The translations under genes and the position numbers were made by a program. 64,000 nucleotides of DNA from Clostridia bacterium (GTDB taxonomy: Bacteria; Bacillota; Clostridia; Oscillospirales; CAG-272), in assembly GCA_017503865.1 (NCBI GenBank), contig JAFVSI010000063.1, positions 10,393-74,392 on the forward strand, read 5' to 3'. Below are positions 10,589 to 19,766 of this stretch, in pieces (position 1 is the first letter of the stretch; each line of letters begins with the position of its first letter). Below the pieces are notes generated by a model. The model did not search any database, was not told where the DNA came from, and was given only the letters and a program-made list of their open reading frames with translations.

Positions 10589-11096
10589 GACATATTTAGA
10601 TCAGCTCGTAGAATATCCAGCAAAAGTATTGAAAAGGATATCAGAAGATAAGTATTGTTTAGGGCTATTGCTTAACAAGAGTTTCGATAGCATAGCCGAA
10701 GAAGATAGTGATAAAGCCCTTGACGAGTTGCTTTATGACTACCAATACGTAGACGATACGACACAGGAAAGCTCAGCTTACATTTGGGTTGAGATAGATG
10801 TCGATCACGTTGAAAACAAACAGATAAAGGGTGTACGCCTGTATGTTACTATAGCTTGTCACAAGAACTATATGAAACTGAAGGGCAGTACTTTCCGCGG
10901 AGTAATGGGAAATCGCAGAGATAATTTGGTAAGATACGTAGATAGATTATTGAACGACACGACAGGCATAGGCGGAATAGGCACTCTATCACTTCAATCC
11001 GTAATAACACTGTCGCCGATCAGCGGATTTACCCTGCGGGAAATCACTTATAGAATTCCTGACTTTAATATCGTAGAGCTGGAAGAACACGAGTGA
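10581..11096 (+). CDS. hypothetical structural protein (TTG start)
   Basis: 171 aa, coupled to its neighbours. Confidence 0.4.
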   Translation: MAKTYLDQLVEYPAKVLKRISEDKYCLGLLLNKSFDSIAEEDSDKALDELLYDYQYVDDTTQESSAYIWVEIDVDHVENKQIKGVRLYVTIACHKNYMKLKGSTFRGVMGNRRDNLVRYVDRLLNDTTGIGGIGTLSLQSVITLSPISGFTLREITYRIPDFNIVELEEHE

Positions 11097-11854
11097 AATT
11101 CACTTACGAAGACCTAATTAGCGGAGACTCCATTTTTGTTAATGGAATAGGTCATTTCAGATCTCCGCAACTAAAAGAACTCAAGCCAACACAAGGAATC
11201 GGCACTTGGAAGTACAATTTGTATATTGGACTTATGGCTTGGGATAGAAGCGAAGTTGTTAAGTTTATGAAGATTACAACCGGCAGAAATCTGCGTAAGT
11301 TGGAACAGAACGAAACTCTTTCGCTTTTCGATGTAATGACTCTCATAGACGAACCAAGGATGCTATTGCAGAATGCAATGGCTTTTTTTGTTGTCGAAGA
11401 TGTTTCTTGGGATAAACACACAAGGTCTTTCTTGCTCACAGATAGTGAAGGTAAGAAGGTCGGTGCAATTACCCGAGAGAACTTCGATGAGGTTCGCGAT
11501 ATGATGTTGCAAATGAATTACATCAATATAGGCGAGTCGGCAAAGCCCGTTAAGCACTCGTCCGCACAAGCCCAAGAACTTTGGGAACGGGCACAGCAAT
11601 ATCTCAAAGAGGAAAGCGCAAAAGCGCCGCCGGACAAAAATATGAATCTCGGCAACATCATTTCAAAGCTTTGTGCGGCATCAACCTCTTACAATCTATT
11701 CAATATCTACGATTTAACTATTTTCCAACTGTATGACCAATTTTTCCAGTACGGATATCTGAGAGCGATGAATCTCAATGAGATGGCTTTCAGTAATCAC
11801 GGTGGAGAGAACTTTGATATGCAGGGATGGTTAAAACCAATAATCAAAATATAA
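11093..11854 (+). CDS. hypothetical structural protein (GTG start)
   Basis: 253 aa, immediately upstream of the tail tube candidate. Confidence 0.4.
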   Translation: MKFTYEDLISGDSIFVNGIGHFRSPQLKELKPTQGIGTWKYNLYIGLMAWDRSEVVKFMKITTGRNLRKLEQNETLSLFDVMTLIDEPRMLLQNAMAFFVVEDVSWDKHTRSFLLTDSEGKKVGAITRENFDEVRDMMLQMNYINIGESAKPVKHSSAQAQELWERAQQYLKEESAKAPPDKNMNLGNIISKLCAASTSYNLFNIYDLTIFQLYDQFFQYGYLRAMNLNEMAFSNHGGENFDMQGWLKPIIKI

Positions 11855-11865
11855 GGAGAACAAAA

Positions 11866-12423
11866 ATGGCTAACGCATTAACCAATACTACAAAGATGGC
11901 TAACCGCCTTGGTTTGGACATCGAATTCTATGCTTATGCAGCCGATGGTACGGTTTCTGGCGACAAGCTCGCTGAGATTAAGTTCGCAAACGAGGTTTCT
12001 CTTGAACTTACCTCTTCAATCACTTGGGCTACTGGCGGACAGACTCACGCCAAGATGATCGGCTTCAAGGATCCTACCGAGGGTACTCTCAAGATTTCTA
12101 CTCAGGTTGTCAATATGCAGATGATCACTCTTGCATCTGGTGGCGATATCGCTGCTGCAGGCAAGAAGGTTTCCTTCAAGAACGACAGTTCCGCTGTTGC
12201 ACCTAAGTACTACATCATCAAGGGTAAGACTGTATGGCAGGGCGAAGACGGCACTACATACAGCGAAACTATCACGGCTTACAAAGCTTGCGTTAAGCCC
12301 GGCTACAATGTAACTTACAATGGTTCTGGCGATCCTCAGAGCCTTGACATTGAGTTTGAGCTTGGCACCAACGAAGCAGGACAGGTTGTTGATATTGATC
12401 GCGACGACGTCGCTGCTGAGTAA
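11866..12423 (+). CDS. major tail (tube) protein candidate (start trimmed to MANALTN)
   Basis: AAGGAGAA RBS before the ATG at 11866. 185 aa, followed by a strong terminator, upstream of the chaperone/tape-measure region. No sheath gene seen. Confidence 0.5.
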   Translation: MANALTNTTKMANRLGLDIEFYAYAADGTVSGDKLAEIKFANEVSLELTSSITWATGGQTHAKMIGFKDPTEGTLKISTQVVNMQMITLASGGDIAAAGKKVSFKNDSSAVAPKYYIIKGKTVWQGEDGTTYSETITAYKACVKPGYNVTYNGSGDPQSLDIEFELGTNEAGQVVDIDRDDVAAE

Positions 12424-12440
12424 TTAACTCTATTTTTTAC

Positions 12441-12474
12441 ATAGCCGTGGCGTAACAGTCACGGCTATCTTTTA
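12441..12474 (+). terminator. rho-independent terminator after the tail tube gene
   Basis: ATAGCCGTG / CACGGCTAT stem followed by CTTTT. Confidence 0.75.
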
Positions 12475-12477
12475 CTT

Positions 12478-12993
12478 ATGAACAGAGAAAGCAAATTTAA
12501 CGTCGGAAAAGACAAAGCCGACAGGACGTTCGACGGAATTGTATTCGACAGTACGGTTGAAATGAGATACTACGCAGAGGTAGTTCTCCCCGGCGTCGAA
12601 GACGGAAGCATTCTGAAATTTGAACGCCAAAAAAAATATATACTGCAGCCTTCTTATACGCATTGTGGAAAGAAGGTTCAGCCAATCGAATATAAAGCAG
12701 ACTTCTACGTAGTTTATGCAGATGGAAGGGAGCAGGTTATTGACATTAAGGGATGCCCTGATGCGGTTGCAAAACTTAAGCGGAAGCTGTTCTGGTATGT
12801 ATATCCGAACATCGAGTATGTTTGGATCGGATACTCCAAGATTGACGGCGGTTGGACAACCTACGAAGCTATACAAAGCGGAAGAAAAGAAAGAAAAAAA
12901 ATAAAACAGGCGAAAGCAAAGGAGAAAAAGGATGAGCAACAAGAAAACGAACACAAACGCAAAAGTAAAAAACGCGCTAAAAGCGCTGATTGA
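12478..12993 (+). CDS. DUF1064-family protein (PD-(D/E)XK-like nuclease fold) with a Lys-rich tail
   Basis: Pattern DGIVFDSxxExxYY...ILQP...IEYKADFYVVYADGxxxVIDIKG...KRKLFxxxYP matches the DUF1064 layout recalled from Firmicute phages. Confidence 0.75.
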   Translation: MNRESKFNVGKDKADRTFDGIVFDSTVEMRYYAEVVLPGVEDGSILKFERQKKYILQPSYTHCGKKVQPIEYKADFYVVYADGREQVIDIKGCPDAVAKLKRKLFWYVYPNIEYVWIGYSKIDGGWTTYEAIQSGRKERKKIKQAKAKEKKDEQQENEHKRKSKKRAKSAD

Positions 12994-13546
12994 AACACAG
13001 GCAGTTAAGCCTCAGAAGCTTACATATGGAGAGGGCGAAACGGAATTGACCGTTGTAGTAACTCCTGTGATTCCCTTTACAAAGAGAACAGAGATGATTA
13101 ACTTCATCGTGGACAGTGCCTTCACTATGGGCATTGAGACTATCCAGAGCTATACTCCCCAGTACGTGAAACTGGCAAAGAGATGCGCAGTTCTTCAGTA
13201 TTATACTGATCTGAAGATGCCCACTAAGCTCAATGATTTGTGGATGATTGTGAATCACACATCAATCTATCGTGATGTTATCGACATCGTAGGCGAAGAT
13301 ATTCACGACATATTCAAGGAGGCAGACCTTGCGATTGCGGCACAGAGAGATTATCTGACTCATAAGACAGATCTCAACAATCTCTTCGGCAAACTCGGTG
13401 GCGCAATTGGTAATATGAACTTCTCTAAGGAAGAGCTGACTGAATTGCTCAATGTGTTCAAGAATATGCCTAACCTTTCTGAAGACCAGCTTATCGATGG
13501 TATTCTTAAATTCAAGGCGACAGCAGACAATACAGAAAACAATTAA
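12932..13546 (+). CDS. tail assembly chaperone candidate
   Basis: 204 aa upstream of the tape measure, with an AAAGGAG RBS. No slippery heptamer found. Confidence 0.35.
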   Translation: MSNKKTNTNAKVKNALKALIETQAVKPQKLTYGEGETELTVVVTPVIPFTKRTEMINFIVDSAFTMGIETIQSYTPQYVKLAKRCAVLQYYTDLKMPTKLNDLWMIVNHTSIYRDVIDIVGEDIHDIFKEADLAIAAQRDYLTHKTDLNNLFGKLGGAIGNMNFSKEELTELLNVFKNMPNLSEDQLIDGILKFKATADNTENN

Positions 13547-13573
13547 GACCACTTAGCTCCCTTTGGGAGTTGA

Positions 13574-13936
13574 GTGGGAAGGGAGCAAGTGCAAGTGGCA
13601 GAAACACTACAATTGGTTAGCTTTATTGTATCAATTATTATCGGTTCATTTAACATCTTGATGATCGTGTGTGAACCGTTCCGCAAGAAGATACTCAAAA
13701 GCAAAGAAGATAAAAAGAGAGAGCAGGAAAGAGAAGAGGAGCAACGCGAAACTGACAGGTGCGTTTTGCGTGAACTCATTGAAATGATTTACTACAAAAG
13801 ACGTAGTACCTGCGAAATATATCAGTACGAATACGAAAGCATTGCTTTTATGTATAAGCAATATAAGAAGCTCGGCGGAAACTCATTCGTCGATAGGATT
13901 TGGGAAGAAATCCAAGAGTGGACTATCCTCCCATAA
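13574..13936 (+). CDS. small membrane protein
   Basis: One hydrophobic helix (LQLVSFIVSIIIGSFNILMIV) followed by a charged region. Confidence 0.4.
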   Translation: MGREQVQVAETLQLVSFIVSIIIGSFNILMIVCEPFRKKILKSKEDKKREQEREEEQRETDRCVLRELIEMIYYKRRSTCEIYQYEYESIAFMYKQYKKLGGNSFVDRIWEEIQEWTILP

Positions 13937-13971
13937 AACATACATTTGATGAAAAATAAAGGGGGCTTTAT

Positions 13972-14499
13972 ATGGCAATTTCTGAATCGTACATAATGAA
14001 ACTTGTGAGAGAATACGCGAAGTCCCCTGAAGGAAAACAAGCAATCAGAGAGAAATATGGTATTGAGTATGATGAAAAGTTCACTCGGGCACAGGTGAAA
14101 GCCTACGGTAACAGAATGAAGAAGATATTATACAACCATATTCACTCGGAGATTAAGTCCATCTCTTTGGATGACATCATTGTCGAAGAGCCCTTACTGC
14201 GGGAGGATGGGCGCTTTGAGATAAAGCTTTCTTTCCGAGAGGGAAGTTTGCATAGAGAATCATTATATCCCGATGGTTATCCCGACGGATTGAAGAACAT
14301 TGTTCTTTTGTTTGCGAAGGGATATCACACGTCGCACCCTGTTCACGGCGATTGGACTTACAACGGGACGGTTGTTGCAAAGAACGTATGGGGTAAACGC
14401 ACTCGTGCACCAAGCAATTTCCTTGATGAAGCCGTCAGTGAATTCAACGGGGCATCAGCGGGAATTGCGACGGCTTATCTTGAGGGCGAATATGTATAA
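13972..14499 (+). CDS. hypothetical protein
   Basis: 175-aa ORF with a GGGGG/A-rich RBS region, upstream of the tape measure. Confidence 0.45.
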   Translation: MAISESYIMKLVREYAKSPEGKQAIREKYGIEYDEKFTRAQVKAYGNRMKKILYNHIHSEIKSISLDDIIVEEPLLREDGRFEIKLSFREGSLHRESLYPDGYPDGLKNIVLLFAKGYHTSHPVHGDWTYNGTVVAKNVWGKRTRAPSNFLDEAVSEFNGASAGIATAYLEGEYV

Positions 14500-14557
14500 A
14501 CGAGAAAATCCAAGCCCACTCTGGTGGGCTTTCAAAATAAAATAAAGGAGGAGAAAA

Positions 14558-17500
14558 ATGGCAGATAATTTTGTTGGCATTAAGTTTGGTGTCGCTGGTG
14601 GCAGTAGCATCAGTGGCGAGTCCGGTCAGCTTATCAAGTCGCAATTGGATGCGCTATCAAAGCAAATACAATTAAAGGTCAACATCGACAAAAATCATTT
14701 TAACCAACAATTACAATCATTAAAAGCTGAGCTTGAGAGAACGCTTGGCGATTTAAAAATCACAATAAAAACGGATAATGTTACTGCCACTCAAGGGAAT
14801 GGTGGTACCTCCTCCGGCGGAGCAGGAGGAAGCTCCGCAGATAAGCAGGCGTTGTCTTATGACAACCTCAGAAGACAGCTTGAGGCATTGGCGATAGCCC
14901 AGCAGAAGCAAATTAAATCAGGTGCTGAGGGCGGCGTTAGCGCTACAATCGCAGAGCAAAAAATTAGAGACTTGACTGCCGCATACAGTGGTAACCGAAG
15001 AGAGGCTTTGGCGAACGGCAATATCACTGAAGAACAGGCGGCGTCTCTTGATCAATATTCTGCAAGCCTTGAAAGGGCGTTGCAGGTAGAGCAAAGGCGA
15101 GCATCGATTTCAGACCAAGCCTCAAAGGTCGAAATGAGTTATGCTAAACTTCAAAGAAATGCTCAATCCTTGTATACGGATGGCGGTTTTGACAAAGTAA
15201 TTGCCAGAAGCGCAGAAGCTAAAAAGCTTGTAGACGATTTCAATGCGAAGGTAAATTCAGCGTTCACGGATGATATGAGCATTGAAGACAAGCAGGCAAC
15301 CGTAAGACAACTAAACCAAGAGTTTATTGGCACGCAGTCTCAACTCAAAAAGATTCAGCGCGAAACAGATACTCTTGGCAATAAATTGAAGGACACTTTC
15401 CAAAGTAAGTTGCTTCAAACATTCGCGTATGCACTTATTGGTATTGCTACCAGAGCATTGCGCCAAGTGTACCAAAACGTGGTTGAACTCGATAAAGCAA
15501 TTACTGATTTGCAAATTGCAAGTGGTAAAACCAGAGAAGAAACAGCCCGTCTTGTTAAGAGCTACGCTGATTTAGCGAGACAACTTGGGGCAACAACAAT
15601 AGAGGTTGCGGCGAGCGCCGACACTTGGCTTCGTCAGGGTTATGATATAGAGGAAGCAAACGAGCTAATCAAAAACAGTATGATGTTGTCCAAACTCGGA
15701 CAGATCGAGTCTGCTGAGGCGGCAACTGCTTTGACGAGCGCAATGCGCGGATATAAGATGGAAGTGCAAGATAGCGCATCAATCGTCGATAAGTTTACCG
15801 CGGTTGATATGAAAGCCGCCGTAAGCGCAGGTGATATCGCCACCGCTATGGCTGAAACTGCGGCAAGCGCAGAGGTTGCTGGCGTTTCAATGGATAAGCT
15901 TATCGGTTACATAGCTACGGTATCCGAAGTAACCCAAGACGGTGCCGAGAGCGTTGGTACATTTTATAAGACCTTGTTTGCTCGTATGGGTAAGGTAACT
16001 GCCGGAGATTTTGTTGATCCCGATACAGGAGAATCCCTTAACGACGTTGAAACAACATTAAACGAGGTTGGCATTTCCCTTCGTATAAGTGAAACTGAGT
16101 TCAGAGAATTTGGAGATGTTCTTGATGAGGTTGGCGAAGCTTGGGATACATATGACTCTGTAACCCAACACGCGCTGGCTACTGCTTTTGCAGGTACTCG
16201 TCAGCAGGAAAAATTCATTGTGTTGATGGAGAACTATTCATCTGCAATGGAATACGCTGCGGTTTCGACGGAGTCTGCCGGAACTGCGCAGAAGAAATAT
16301 ACTGATGCTTATATGGAAAGCATTGATGCTTCCATAAATAAGCTTACTACGTCGTGGGAAAGCTTCTCGCAAACCATTTTGAGTAGCGACATTGTCGTAA
16401 CATTAGTGGATATAATGAGCACATTGGTCAACGTGATTGATGCGGTTCTGTCGTTTGGAGATTCTATGATCCCAACGCTTGCTCTTGTTGGCGTTTCTGT
16501 TGTGTTGCTTGGTAAGTTAATAACCAAAACATTCGGTGGCGCACTTGCAAGCTGGGGCGATTTTGTTGCGGCGATTCAGCTCGGCACTCAAACAATCGGG
16601 CAAGCTTTGCTTACTTTGGCAAAGAACCCTATGCTTTATATTACGGTACTAATTACTGCGTTCACTACATTCTCTGACAAGATGCCACCTTTGGCTCAAA
16701 TCATTGTTGGTGCAGTAATGCTGATCGGTACCGGCATAGCTATCGCTTGTAAAATGGCGAATACAGCTATTTGGGGCTTTATGTCCAGCAACCCTCTGGG
16801 TTGGATTTTGCTTGCAATTACGGCAGTCGTTTTGGCAATCACATCGGTTGTTAAGGCAATTGTAGGTTTTGCAAACGCATCAACTAAGGCAAAAGAGGAA
16901 GCGGTTGACGCCGCAGAAGCATCCAAAGAGGCTTGGGAAGATGCTGCGAAGGCAGTCGAAGATCTGGATGAAAAACTTGTATCCGCAAAGGACAGATTGA
17001 AAGAACTGCAAAAGCAGAGCAACAACGGTAAAATAACTCTTGTTGAGCAAGAGGAGATGGAGAGGCTTGAGGCATCTATTTCCAGCCTTGAAGCCGAAAA
17101 GGCGCTGCTTGAAGATATTGAAAAAGCAAAGAGAGCAGAGGCAGAAAAGGATGCATCGACTGCCGTTGGTACTATTTTAGGTGAAAAACTCTCTGATGCA
17201 TATGTGCAAGAGGACAATACCTTCTGGATGGGTGTAGCTCGTTCTCTTTCCTCCGTGTTGTCTCTCGGTATTTCTGATGCTTTCGGCTTCGGTATAAGTG
17301 ACTGGTCTATTAAGACCACGAGCGCCCAAGAATATGTTGACCAAATATTGGGCGACTGGGAGGGTGCAACTGAACAGCAAAGAGACTATGTGTTTGCATT
17401 CTATCAGCAATTGTCCGAGCAGAAGGATATGCTTTCTTATCATAGTGGAGAAAACCTTGAGCAATGGCAAAGAGATGCGAACGAGGCTTATAATACGTAC

Positions 17501-18922
17501 TATAAGTATTTGCACAAAATTGCAATTGCGGAAGGGAACTTTGACTCTGTTTGGAAATCCGTCATTACAATGGAGAGATTTCCGGATATGCAGAAAACGC
17601 TTAAGCAGTGGGCTAATGAAGGGATCGTCAGCACAGATAGTATTAGAAATCTATATGATTCAAACCCTGCTTTCAAGGAGATGGTTGATTATCTTGCGGA
17701 AATCGGTATGTTCTCTTGGGAGGATGCAAGTGCAATTGACGGTCTTGTCAACCAAATCAATGCGTTGGCTGATGCCGCAAAGGTGCTCACCGAGAAAACG
17801 TTTCTTGATATCTTAAATGATATTGAAGGTAAGTTTGATTCCTTGAATTCTGCACTCGAAAGCATTACCGACAATGGTATTGTCGCGTCTGATGCTATCG
17901 TTGATCTACTCGATAAGTATCCCGATTTGCTGAAATATTTTGATATGACCAATCAAGGGTTCCAATTAAAAGGAGCTTATGCGAGTTGGAGCAATTCTGA
18001 TATCCTCAATGATTTTGCTACGGGATATCTACAAAAATATGTTGATGAACTTGCGGCGTGTGAGCAGGGAACAGAAAATTACAATATAGCTCAAGGCAAT
18101 CTTAATAACGCAATTGCGGTCATGGCTACGTTATTGAGGAGTGCTGCTCTTGAAGAACAAACCGAAGCGCTCGAAAAACAAAAAGATGCTCTCGATGAAG
18201 AGCTTGATAGGTATAAAGAGCTTATCGATATGAGAAAAGACCTCTTGGAGACATATAAGGAGGAATTGGATTATCGTAAAGAACTGGAAAAGAAAGAGCA
18301 GAACATAGCAAGCCTGCAGACTCAATTGTCGCTGGCACGTTTGGATAATTCCGAGGCAGGAAAAGCTCGCGCAAGAGAGTTAAAGGGTGAGCTTGATAAG
18401 GCGCAAGAAGAGCTGGACGATTTCACTTTAGAGCACGCCATCGACGTTTTAACTGAAGAGCTTGACTCTTCATACGACGAGTACGAAAAGCTTATTAGCA
18501 GAGAAGTTGACCGAATCACCGCGGCAATCGACGGATTGGCAGCAAGCTTAAATATTACTCCTGTCGTTCCCGCACCTACCGAGCAACACCATACTGGTGG
18601 TTTTGCAGGTGGTGGGGCAACCCTCAAAGACAATGAGATTTTCGCAAAACTCTTGAATGGCGAATTCGTTTCCACTCCCGCCCAAATGAGCAAGTTCTTG
18701 AGAGATACTTATCCCAAAATGCTTGGTATGGCACAAGGCGGCAATGGCGGTATTCAGTACAATGCGCCTATAGTTGCCATCAGATGCGACTCGGTAACCG
18801 AGGATACTATGCCTACTCTCAAGAAGGTGGTTAAGCAGGCTGTAGATGAGGTCAAGAAGGAAATTGACAGCGCATTCAGCAGGACAGGCTACCGCAGGGA
18901 AGTTAATAAATTTTCAATATAA
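14558..18922 (+). CDS. tail tape measure protein
   Basis: 1454 aa. Has a TP901-type core (VDKFTAVDMKAAVSAGDIATAMAETAASAEVAGVSMDKLIGY), internal TM helices and long coiled coils. Confidence 0.9.
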   Translation: MADNFVGIKFGVAGGSSISGESGQLIKSQLDALSKQIQLKVNIDKNHFNQQLQSLKAELERTLGDLKITIKTDNVTATQGNGGTSSGGAGGSSADKQALSYDNLRRQLEALAIAQQKQIKSGAEGGVSATIAEQKIRDLTAAYSGNRREALANGNITEEQAASLDQYSASLERALQVEQRRASISDQASKVEMSYAKLQRNAQSLYTDGGFDKVIARSAEAKKLVDDFNAKVNSAFTDDMSIEDKQATVRQLNQEFIGTQSQLKKIQRETDTLGNKLKDTFQSKLLQTFAYALIGIATRALRQVYQNVVELDKAITDLQIASGKTREETARLVKSYADLARQLGATTIEVAASADTWLRQGYDIEEANELIKNSMMLSKLGQIESAEAATALTSAMRGYKMEVQDSASIVDKFTAVDMKAAVSAGDIATAMAETAASAEVAGVSMDKLIGYIATVSEVTQDGAESVGTFYKTLFARMGKVTAGDFVDPDTGESLNDVETTLNEVGISLRISETEFREFGDVLDEVGEAWDTYDSVTQHALATAFAGTRQQEKFIVLMENYSSAMEYAAVSTESAGTAQKKYTDAYMESIDASINKLTTSWESFSQTILSSDIVVTLVDIMSTLVNVIDAVLSFGDSMIPTLALVGVSVVLLGKLITKTFGGALASWGDFVAAIQLGTQTIGQALLTLAKNPMLYITVLITAFTTFSDKMPPLAQIIVGAVMLIGTGIAIACKMANTAIWGFMSSNPLGWILLAITAVVLAITSVVKAIVGFANASTKAKEEAVDAAEASKEAWEDAAKAVEDLDEKLVSAKDRLKELQKQSNNGKITLVEQEEMERLEASISSLEAEKALLEDIEKAKRAEAEKDASTAVGTILGEKLSDAYVQEDNTFWMGVARSLSSVLSLGISDAFGFGISDWSIKTTSAQEYVDQILGDWEGATEQQRDYVFAFYQQLSEQKDMLSYHSGENLEQWQRDANEAYNTYYKYLHKIAIAEGNFDSVWKSVITMERFPDMQKTLKQWANEGIVSTDSIRNLYDSNPAFKEMVDYLAEIGMFSWEDASAIDGLVNQINALADAAKVLTEKTFLDILNDIEGKFDSLNSALESITDNGIVASDAIVDLLDKYPDLLKYFDMTNQGFQLKGAYASWSNSDILNDFATGYLQKYVDELAACEQGTENYNIAQGNLNNAIAVMATLLRSAALEEQTEALEKQKDALDEELDRYKELIDMRKDLLETYKEELDYRKELEKKEQNIASLQTQLSLARLDNSEAGKARARELKGELDKAQEELDDFTLEHAIDVLTEELDSSYDEYEKLISREVDRITAAIDGLAASLNITPVVPAPTEQHHTGGFAGGGATLKDNEIFAKLLNGEFVSTPAQMSKFLRDTYPKMLGMAQGGNGGIQYNAPIVAIRCDSVTEDTMPTLKKVVKQAVDEVKKEIDSAFSRTGYRREVNKFSI

Positions 18923-18970
18923 CCAAGAGCCGTTGCAACACACGGCTCTTTTACTATAGAAAGGAGTATT

Positions 18971-19753
18971 ATGTTTAACGCTACATACTTTACATATGAC
19001 GGCGTGTATTCTGGGGCTTACAATCTGAAGATTGCTTCGTTTGACAGTGAAACCGTTGAAGATACTGCGGTGTTCGCGCCGACATTGAACATAACAAAAT
19101 CGGCGAGAGCTCGTAGATTTTTGCACAACGGCATTGAATATGATGACGCTCCTGAATATACATTCAGCATCATTTCTCAAGAAGCGATTTCGGATGCTCA
19201 AAGGAGAGAGATACTGACTTGGCTGGTTGGCAGAAATGATTTCAAAAAACTTCAGATGCACCAGCCCGAGTTCGAAGACTATTATTACAACTGCGTTTTT
19301 ACGAGCGCGGATTTAATATATGTCAGAGGAAGGTGTCACGGCTTTACCGTTACGGCAAAATTCGACTCCATATTTGCGTATGGCAGACCGAAGAAAATAA
19401 CCGTGACAGGAAGTGGCACGACGCAAACTGTAAAAATTGTTAATAATTCCGACATCCCCGATGATTACATCTATCCCATCGTAACTTTTACAATGACGGA
19501 AGAGGGAAATGTAACCATTCTGAATACGAGTGAAGTGGTTCAAGCTGAGTTCAAGTTTACCGGAGTAAGGAATACTGAAACAATCACGGTTGATAACGAA
19601 CTCAAAATAATCGAAAGCACAATTGGAGGGGACAGGCTTTCCCTCTTTAATAAAAATTGGCTTAGGTTGCAGCACGGCGTTAATGTCCTTCAGGTAACTC
19701 TCAAAGGGACAATGACGATTACGGTGCCGACCTACGCTATGATAGGATTCTAA
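18971..19753 (+). CDS. distal tail protein (Dit) candidate
   Basis: 260 aa directly after the tape measure, the canonical siphovirus position. Confidence 0.6.
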   Translation: MFNATYFTYDGVYSGAYNLKIASFDSETVEDTAVFAPTLNITKSARARRFLHNGIEYDDAPEYTFSIISQEAISDAQRREILTWLVGRNDFKKLQMHQPEFEDYYYNCVFTSADLIYVRGRCHGFTVTAKFDSIFAYGRPKKITVTGSGTTQTVKIVNNSDIPDDYIYPIVTFTMTEEGNVTILNTSEVVQAEFKFTGVRNTETITVDNELKIIESTIGGDRLSLFNKNWLRLQHGVNVLQVTLKGTMTITVPTYAMIGF

Positions 19754-19766
19754 AAAGGAGGAACGC

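Noticed and set aside
12932-13936. Programmed -1 frameshift (gpG/gpGT-type) in the tail chaperone region.
   Set aside because: No XXXYYYZ slippery heptamer near the 3' end of 12932-13546. The downstream ORF begins with a TM helix and is separated by a stop and a 27-nt gap.
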